A stretch of 64,000 bases of DNA from Paracoccaceae bacterium. GTDB lineage: Bacteria > Pseudomonadota > Alphaproteobacteria > Rhodobacterales > Rhodobacteraceae. A program made the translations under genes and the position numbers. The notes below the pieces were generated by a model. It was not told where the DNA came from. It did not search any database and saw only the letters and a program-made list of their open reading frames with translations. The stretch is taken from NCBI GenBank assembly GCA_020425125.1, contig JAGQRV010000003.1:1184-65183 (forward strand). Direction: 5' to 3'. Of this stretch, positions 58,755 to 64,000 are shown one piece after another; within the stretch, counting starts at the first letter, position 1; each line of letters opens with the position of its first letter.

Positions 58755-59596
58755 CGACCGGCCTCCGCTGCGTCCGGTGGCGGCGCGCGCTGGATGGTAT
58801 AGCGGGCCAGCAACGCGGCCACCCTCTCGTCCGTCAGCTCCTGTGCGCGGTCCGCGCGCCAGTCGCGCAGGACTTCGTCGCGGATCTCCGCAAGGGGCGG
58901 CAGCGTTTCCTGCCGATGCGCCGTGACACGGACGAGGTGAAGCCCATAGCCCGACGCAACCGGCCCCGCCCAGATGCCGAGCGGCAGGTCCTCGAGCGCC
59001 CTGAAGAAGCCCGATCCGAACGTTCCGTCGACCGAGGGTGCGGAGGACAGCGGCAGAGAGCCCGGCAGCAGCGTGGGCCGGCCGGCCATCGCCGGGTCGG
59101 CGCCGCCGTCCAGATCGGCGAGCGTCCCGGCGATCTCGTCCGGGGACGGCGCGTCGCCCAGAAAGACCTGCTCGAAAGCGACCGCTGCGGGACGTGCGAA
59201 GCGGTCGGGATGGGCCGCGAGATGGGCGTCAAGCCTCGCGTCGTCGGGCGTGGCTGCCTGCGCTTCGGCGGCGATCAGGAATTCCATCTTCTGGCGCAGC
59301 CGCTGCCGGATCACCGGATCGTCCCGGTCGAACCCCAGCGCCACCGCTTCGCGCACCAGAACTTCCTCGCGCAGCCATTGGTCGATCAGTGCCTGATGCT
59401 CGTCGGCGTCTGGCGGATGGCGCCAGGTGGCCTCGAAGGCGCGGTCAAGCTGGGTCTCGATGGCGGGGTCGACGACGATCACGGCCCCTGACGGGCGCTC
59501 GGGCGCAGCGCCCGCGACAAGTCCATAAATCGCAAAGAGCGCCGCGCCCAGGACAAGGAAATGGACAAGCGGTTCGCGAAGAAGTCGTGAGAGCAT
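58751..59596 (-). CDS. Membrane-anchored parvulin-like peptidyl-prolyl isomerase domain protein
   Basis: ORF 58751..59656 trimmed to MLSRLLREPLVHFLVLGAALFAIYGL (TM anchor). The C-terminal GPVASGYGLHLVRV resembles PpiC-type rotamase. 4-nt overlap with the HupE-like gene. Confidence 0.65.
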   Translation of the reverse strand: MLSRLLREPLVHFLVLGAALFAIYGLVAGAAPERPSGAVIVVDPAIETQLDRAFEATWRHPPDADEHQALIDQWLREEVLVREAVALGFDRDDPVIRQRLRQKMEFLIAAEAQAATPDDARLDAHLAAHPDRFARPAAVAFEQVFLGDAPSPDEIAGTLADLDGGADPAMAGRPTLLPGSLPLSSAPSVDGTFGSGFFRALEDLPLGIWAGPVASGYGLHLVRVTAHRQETLPPLAEIRDEVLRDWRADRAQELTDERVAALLARYTIQRAPPPDAAEAGR

Positions 59597-59739
59597 CCGG
59601 CGGTTTCCGTATTTCGGGCCGCAGCCAGCACTGGCACAGCGGGTGCCCGCGGACAAGGCGCGCGACGCCCGAGTTTCACCTGCTTGTCTCGCACGCAGGA
59701 ACGCGGCTAAGTCCGCAAGGGGGTGCCGCGGGAGGGCTC

Positions 59740-60927
59740 ATGTTCGCGAAGATCGCTCCGCCTGAAGGCGACCGTCTGCTCGCCCTGATGTCGAGATTCC
59801 GCGCAGATCCGCGCGCGCACAAGATCGACCTGGGGATCGGGATCTACATGGACGCCGCGGGTCGCTCGCCGGTGCTGGCAGCCGTGAAGGAGGCCGAGCG
59901 CCGGATCTGGGAGAACGAGACGACCAAGGCTTATGTTGGGGCGCTCGGCCACCCGACCTTCAACGGGGCGGCCGAAACCCTGGTGCTGGGCGATCATCCG
60001 GCCCGGGCCGAGGGGCGGGTTCGGACGGTCCAGACACCCGGCGGGACGGCCGCACTGCGGGTCGCGGGGGATCTGATCGCCGGCCAGTTTCCCGGCACCA
60101 CGGTCTGGATGAGCGATCCGACCTGGATCAACCATGCGCCCGGCCAGCGCGCCGCGGGCAACGCGGTGCGCCAGTACCCGTATATCCGCGCCACCGACCG
60201 CGGGCTCGATGCCGACGGCATGATGGCGGTGCTCGAGGCGGCGGCGCCGGGCGACGTGGTGCTGGTTCAGGCGGCCTGCCACAACCCGACCGGGGTCGAT
60301 CTGGCGCAAGCGGACTGGACGGCGCTGGCGGATCTCTGCCAGCGGAAGGGCCTGCTGCCTTTGGTCGACAACGCCTATCAGGGCTTCGCCGCAGGCCGCG
60401 AGGAGGATGCGGCGGGCTTGAGGATGCTGGCCGGCCGGGTGCCGTCGATGATCGTAACCACTTCCTTTTCAAAGACCTTTGGACTCTACCGCGAGCGGGT
60501 CGGGGCGGTCACCCTGATCGGCGAGACGCCGGATGCTGTCGGCCGCGCCGAGGCGGCGCTGGCCGCGGTGATCCGCGCCAACTATTCCATGCCGCCGCAT
60601 CACGGTGCCGCGGTCGTCGCGGTGATCTGCCTCGACGACACGCTGCGCCATGTCTGGGAAACCGAGCTGGAGGCGATGCGGACCCGGCTGCTGGCGATGC
60701 GCGGCGCGCTGGCGGCGGCGCTGGCGGCGCGGGGCGCCGATGGCGGCTACCTGACCCGGCAGCGGGGGATGTTTTCCTATACCTGCCTGGGCGAAAAACG
60801 GGTGGCGCGGCTGCGCGAGCGGCACGCGGTCTACCTGACCGATGACGGCCGGATGAATATCGCCGGGCTGAACGACGGCAACCTCGAACGGGTCGCCGAG
60901 GCGCTGGCCGAGGTCGCGGAAACCTAG
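59740..60927 (+). CDS. Class-I aspartate/aromatic amino acid aminotransferase (AspC/TyrB family)
   Basis: ORF 59038..60927 trimmed to MFAKIAPPEGDRLLALMSRFRADPRAHKIDLGIGIY at 59740. The PLP-lysine motif SFSKTFGLYRERVGA is present. Confidence 0.92.
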   Translation: MFAKIAPPEGDRLLALMSRFRADPRAHKIDLGIGIYMDAAGRSPVLAAVKEAERRIWENETTKAYVGALGHPTFNGAAETLVLGDHPARAEGRVRTVQTPGGTAALRVAGDLIAGQFPGTTVWMSDPTWINHAPGQRAAGNAVRQYPYIRATDRGLDADGMMAVLEAAAPGDVVLVQAACHNPTGVDLAQADWTALADLCQRKGLLPLVDNAYQGFAAGREEDAAGLRMLAGRVPSMIVTTSFSKTFGLYRERVGAVTLIGETPDAVGRAEAALAAVIRANYSMPPHHGAAVVAVICLDDTLRHVWETELEAMRTRLLAMRGALAAALAARGADGGYLTRQRGMFSYTCLGEKRVARLRERHAVYLTDDGRMNIAGLNDGNLERVAEALAEVAET

Positions 60928-60990
60928 CTCCCCGGGAACCATCCGGCGCGCCGTGCGTTGGAAAAAACTCAACCAGAAAAGGAGGTTGCC

Positions 60991-61140
60991 ATGCGTCCGA
61001 TCCTGATTTTCTGCACCGGTCTGGTGCTTCTTGCGGGCTGCGAAACTGTCGAGGGTATGGGGCAGGACGTGCAGAGTGCGGGGAAGGCGATCAGCAATGA
61101 GGCGCAGAATCCGCGCAACGAGGTGCGCACCACGCCGTGA
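60991..61140 (+). CDS. Entericidin A/B-family small lipoprotein
   Basis: ORF 60958..61140 trimmed to MRPILIFCTGLVLLAGCETVEGMGQDVQSAGKAIS at 60991 after AAGGAGG. LAGC lipobox present. Confidence 0.8.
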   Translation: MRPILIFCTGLVLLAGCETVEGMGQDVQSAGKAISNEAQNPRNEVRTTP

Positions 61141-61246
61141 GCGGACGCAACGGCGGGGCTTGACCGGAGGGCGGTTCCGAAGTTGGATGGAGGCGGTCAG
61201 GCTTACGTAGCGTTAGTCGCGCCGTAGATATTGCAGGAGAGTGCCG

Positions 61247-61441
61247 GTGAAGAACCCGTGGATGAGCATTTGGCTGAGTGAATACAACAAGTTGGCCAAT
61301 GCCGCGAAGGGCCAGGTGATGGCCGAGGCGTCGCGCCAGCAGAACGCGGCGATGAAGGCCTGGTCGGACCAGATGACCGAGACCTGGATGGCGTTCTGGT
61401 TCCCCTGGCTCAACATGGCACAGCCGAAGAAGCGCCGCTGA
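61247..61441 (+). CDS. Hypothetical 64-aa Trp/Met-rich small protein
   Basis: ORF 61241..61441. The GTG at 61247 lies 6 nt after GGAGA. (M)KNPWMSIWLSEYNKLANAAKGQ...TWMAFWFPWLNMAQPKKRR has 6 Trp. No family recognised. Confidence 0.5.
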   Translation: MKNPWMSIWLSEYNKLANAAKGQVMAEASRQQNAAMKAWSDQMTETWMAFWFPWLNMAQPKKRR

Positions 61442-61525
61442 GGCCGCCGCACGGTCGCGGTACGGGCCGTTAGGGTTTCGCTGGGAAATTGGCAAACGCA
61501 CCGATTGCACGGAGTCGTTCGCCCC

Positions 61526-61885
61526 ATGTCCCGCCAACCCGACCCGCCGGGCGTCCCGCCCGGCCCAGACCCCCGCACCGGACTTCGGACGGGGCCGAGC
61601 CACGAGTTCGGCCTCTACCGCAAGCTCCACGAACGGGGGGTGCCGATCCCGGCCCGGATCAGCGCCACCGACCTTCGCCGCGAGCTCCGCGAGGTGCTGG
61701 CGCGGGTGGAGTATTCCGGGCTCAGGGTCGAGATCCTGCGCCAGGGCCAGCCCGTCGCCTGCGTGCTGCCGCTGGCCGACCTGCGCCAGTACGAGAGCTT
61801 CGAGCGTACGGGGATCCGCCACTACCGCGAACACCTGAGCCTGGTCGCCGAGATGGCCGCCCTGAGGGCAAGAAGCGGGGAGTGA
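61526..61885 (+). CDS. Phd/YefM-like antitoxin-domain protein with Pro-rich N-terminal extension
   Basis: ORF 61505..61885 trimmed to the ATG at 61526. RISATDLRRELREVLARVEYSGLRVEILRQGQPVACVLPLADLRQYE matches the Phd/YefM pattern (ISATEAR..L..V....V.I.R.G.PVAVL...EYE). Confidence 0.65.
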   Translation: MSRQPDPPGVPPGPDPRTGLRTGPSHEFGLYRKLHERGVPIPARISATDLRRELREVLARVEYSGLRVEILRQGQPVACVLPLADLRQYESFERTGIRHYREHLSLVAEMAALRARSGE

Positions 61886-62149
61886 GGCCCGTCTCGGAAA
61901 TGCTCCAGTGGAGCGTTTCAGGGCCGAACGGGCGGAGCCCCAGCGGCATCCCGGAAACCGTCCGGCGGACGGTTCTCGGCGACGAGCGGGTCGAGTTTCA
62001 CGCGGCGCCCCATGAAACTTTCCGATGACTGGCTCTCGGCTACAAGAAAAAGAAGCCTCCGCGCCAAGCAATCTCTCTAAGTGAGTGTGTCTGCCTTCAG
62101 CGCGGAGTTTGATGGCGAGTGTCTCACATTTAGATAGATCGAATCACGA

Positions 62150-62494
62150 ATGTTTGACGGGGCACCGGTACTTAGGTTGAGACAAGAGGCCGATGCGCGT
62201 CACGCGTATTGCCTACTCGAAATTGGGATAGTTTGGGGTCGAAGCACAACACAGGCTATCCTGCAGCGCATGAACCAATGGCTCAGCGTTAGGCGACGCG
62301 CCCAAAATCTCTTGCAAAATGAGGCGAATGACGAGACTGTACCAAGAATGCTTTTTGGTGCAGCGATGTTCAGAATCATATCAAAACCGAATTCCGAGCG
62401 CAAGCATTGGAAACGTGATGGTTATCGACTGCGATTTCGTTTTCAGTCGAGTGAGTTGATGAGTGCTCATCGAATAGGGGCGGTCGTGACATGA
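62150..62494 (+). CDS. Hypothetical 114-aa protein (island gene 1)
   Basis: ORF-track ORF with no recognisable motif. Its stop overlaps the ATG of the next gene (ATGA at 62491-62494), suggesting translational coupling. The start is uncertain. Confidence 0.4.
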   Translation: MFDGAPVLRLRQEADARHAYCLLEIGIVWGRSTTQAILQRMNQWLSVRRRAQNLLQNEANDETVPRMLFGAAMFRIISKPNSERKHWKRDGYRLRFRFQSSELMSAHRIGAVVT

Positions 62495-63501
62495 ATAGGA
62501 TACTGTCGATCTTGATAGCTTGCATGGCTTCCGCGCCACTTCAAGCGCAAACTGTAAACATCGAACAGCTTAATGCCGCAATTGACACCGTAATAACATT
62601 CTGCGTTGCCGAAGGTAGACGCGAAAAGTTGGTGGTGGAAGGCGACGCTCAGGGAGGATTTGCCCTCCGAAGATTGGGTGCCTCCGCAAAAGGTGAGGCA
62701 ATTGTCGAAAGAGAAACGTTGTCGGGAATCGTTTCAGGTTTGGAGGAGTACGTACTTAATGTGCAAGCGGATCAAGTTTCAGAAGCGAGGGCGTGTATGG
62801 AAAAGCGCCTCGATCGCGTACTTGACGTCATTTTAGGCTCCAAGCCTAAAGTTCAGAAGGGAGGCATATCATTTAAAGGCTTCGCAATTGGAGCTACTAC
62901 GGTAGATAGTTTTTTAGACGCCAATCCAAAGTTTATTGATCATGTGCGATTTAGTGATTTTACTCTTCCGCACATAGGCTTGGATGGAAGCTTTAAGTCA
63001 ATTGATCTCTTGTATGAGCCGCGTGATAAACCTGGAGACTACATTGTCAAACTACTGTTTGACAACAGGGATGTCATGTTCGCGTTTCAGGCTCTTTACG
63101 AATGTGATGGCAAGGATTGTGAAAGAAACTGCGATGTCTATGAAGCGTTCTTTCGCGAGTGGTTTCGCGGGGAATTCGGTGTTCACGCGAATCCAAGTAG
63201 GGTCGTGGGAGAGGGATGGCAGAAAATTCCGAAGGCTAAGCTGGGTGGGTTCTCTAGCAGAAATCCCTTTGAGGACAGAGTTCCCGAGCCTGTTCTCCAA
63301 TGCGCGGTGGTTCAGGGGGGGGATTACCTACGCGACAAGGTTTCGGAAACAAAAAGTGGATCGCATTGGGCGAGGATGCGCACGAGATATATTTCGATCG
63401 TGCCGGCCGGCGTTTTGGGGGCTTGGGGAAGCCAAGGGAATTGCCAGCCTCCACCGCCATCTCAGCACAAATGTACCGCGTCGCTGGTTGTGGTTGGATA
63501 A
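62491..63501 (+). CDS. Hypothetical 336-aa secreted protein or lipoprotein (island gene 2)
   Basis: N-terminal MNRILSILIACMASAPLQAQ looks like a signal peptide, with a possible LIAC lipobox or cleavage after LQA. A Cys cluster YECDGKDCERNC is present. No family recognised. Confidence 0.6.
   Translation: MNRILSILIACMASAPLQAQTVNIEQLNAAIDTVITFCVAEGRREKLVVEGDAQGGFALRRLGASAKGEAIVERETLSGIVSGLEEYVLNVQADQVSEARACMEKRLDRVLDVILGSKPKVQKGGISFKGFAIGATTVDSFLDANPKFIDHVRFSDFTLPHIGLDGSFKSIDLLYEPRDKPGDYIVKLLFDNRDVMFAFQALYECDGKDCERNCDVYEAFFREWFRGEFGVHANPSRVVGEGWQKIPKAKLGGFSSRNPFEDRVPEPVLQCAVVQGGDYLRDKVSETKSGSHWARMRTRYISIVPAGVLGAWGSQGNCQPPPPSQHKCTASLVVVG
63315..63322 (+). repeat. G8 homopolymer inside island gene 2
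   Basis: GGGGGGGG at 63315-63322 (codons cag ggg ggg gat). ORF-track ORFs in all three forward frames (62491..63501, 62984..63526, 63300..63704) span it. Confidence 0.9.
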
Positions 63502-63760
63502 GCGCTTCGAACTTTGTAACAATTGATGAATGCAGAGATGACAAGTGGGCGATGAAAAGGTCGCTATTGGAAGCTGCGAGGATCGCGCCTGGCCCGAGGG
63601 TGGGTGCATCGCACCCGCCCTGGGGGGCGGGTCGGGTGCGATCCGGGGCTGACGCCCCGGAAGACCATCGACATTGCGGGGCGGGTCTCGCGTTTCGCGG
63701 TTGAGATCAGTACGCGGCTCAGGGACTCGCGCTGTCCGAATTGCGGTGTCCCATGCCTTC

Positions 63761-63796
63761 CGGGGCTTTTGCGCGACCTCGGGGCCTTTGCGCCAT
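63761..63796. repeat. Tandem ~18-nt near-repeat CGGGGC(T/C)TTTGCGC
   Basis: CCGGGGCTTTTGCGCGAC followed directly by CTCGGGGCCTTTGCGCCAT. It lies about 20 nt downstream of the DksA/TraR-like gene stop. Confidence 0.5.
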
Positions 63797-63813
63797 CGCG
63801 TCGGCAGTTGCCC

Positions 63814-64000
63814 TCACCCCGCACAACTCGCACAGAACGGCGTTTCCGGCAGGGTCGCGAGCCGCTTTTCGGCAATCGGCTCGCCGCATTTCACGCAGAC
63901 CCCCCACGAGCCGTTCGCGATCCGGTCGAGCGCGGCGTCGATGCGGGCAACCTCGGCGCGCTCCACGGCGCCCAGCGTCTGCAGCATCTGGTCGTCCTCG
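63814..64000 (-). CDS. DksA/TraR-family C4 zinc-finger protein, C-terminal fragment (gene starts beyond window end)
   Basis: Not in the ORF track. Reverse-strand reading gives ...EDDQMLQTLGAVERAEVARIDAALDRIANGSWGVCVKCGEPIAEKRLATLPETPFCASCAG followed by a stop at 63814-63816. CxxC...CxxC is present. Confidence 0.8.
   Translation of the reverse strand, partial: EDDQMLQTLGAVERAEVARIDAALDRIANGSWGVCVKCGEPIAEKRLATLPETPFCASCAG

Larger units (their letters stand above)
62040..63560. other. Compositionally atypical low-GC island (probable horizontal acquisition)
   Basis: Hand counts of G+C per 60-nt line: 62881-62940 has 22 of 60 and 62461-62520 has 29 of 60, against 45 of 60 for flanking 61561-61620. 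The boundaries are approximate. Confidence 0.75.

Noticed and set aside
59038-59739. N-terminal 234 codons of ORF 59038..60927
   Set aside because: It has Arg/Pro-rich composition and is antisense to the PPIase-like gene. Aminotransferase similarity begins at MFAKIAPPEG (59740), which has an SD-like GGGAGGG upstream.
59597-59739. Cobalamin riboswitch upstream of the PPIase-HupE pair
   Set aside because: On the minus strand GGTGAAACTCGGG and GCCAGTGCTGG are faintly reminiscent of B12-element segments. The GGGAA...GGTG..CC...CCCGCCACTG core arrangement is not present.
62040-63560. Calling the low-GC island a mobile element
   Set aside because: No integrase, transposase, recombinase or terminal inverted or direct repeats could be identified. 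Only a weak GAGTGT(GT)CT similarity occurs near the left edge. It is therefore reported as a compositional island, not a mobile element.
63590-63670. tRNA or tRNA fragment marking an integration site next to the low-GC island
   Set aside because: The GC hairpins here lack a T-loop (GGTTCGAATCC-like), an anticodon arm and an acceptor-stem arrangement. No cloverleaf could be drawn.
1-64000. CRISPR arrays, rRNA genes, tRNA genes and IS elements anywhere in the window
   Set aside because: I found no regularly spaced direct repeats with unique spacers, no rRNA-like conserved stretches, no cloverleaf candidates in intergenic regions and no transposase-like ORFs. This was done by eye only; tRNAscan/Infernal/ISfinder would be decisive.

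Overview
64-kb high-GC chromosomal segment. It looks alphaproteobacterial, probably Rhodobacterales-like. That is an inference from gene content and synteny: irr next to fabA-fabB-fabI, DUF4167, DUF1499, an lptF-lptG-lptD-surA-pdxA-rsmA array, prfA-prmC, and miaB...ybeZ-ybeY-corC-lnt. I call about 66 protein-coding genes, almost all from motifs recognisable in the supplied ORF translations. Many ORF-track starts were trimmed to internal start codons that have SD-like sequences, so start coordinates are approximate. The numerous long Arg/Pro/Gly-rich ORFs antisense or out of frame to these genes are treated as high-GC artefacts. I saw no rRNA, tRNA, CRISPR array, transposase or integrase. Most of the window is ordinary housekeeping. 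Five things are worth a second look. (1) A tight operon at 29835-36498 encodes a large transglutaminase-like protein, a fused circularly permuted ATP-grasp/alpha-E protein and a small transglutaminase-like protein. Its biochemical function is unknown. (2) An unannotated 37-codon Pro/Lys-rich ORF with a strong SD lies just downstream at 29298-29411. A 424-nt gene-free gap between them holds a possible degenerate second copy. This could be a peptide substrate or precursor for the operon, which is a hypothesis only. (3) A sharply low-GC island at about 62040-63560 carries two translationally coupled orphan genes. One encodes a secreted or lipoprotein-like protein that contains a G8 tract with all three forward frames open across it. 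(4) An orphan Phd/YefM-like antitoxin gene is followed by a short GTGA-coupled ORF that ends where the GC content collapses. (5) Several candidate operators stand out: ATGCAT x3 at exact 10-bp phasing upstream of a DeoR-MFS-nucleoside hydrolase operon, and a perfect palindrome upstream of glpD. Everything here comes from reading the sequence by eye. No database or HMM search was run, and family names are recognition-level calls.
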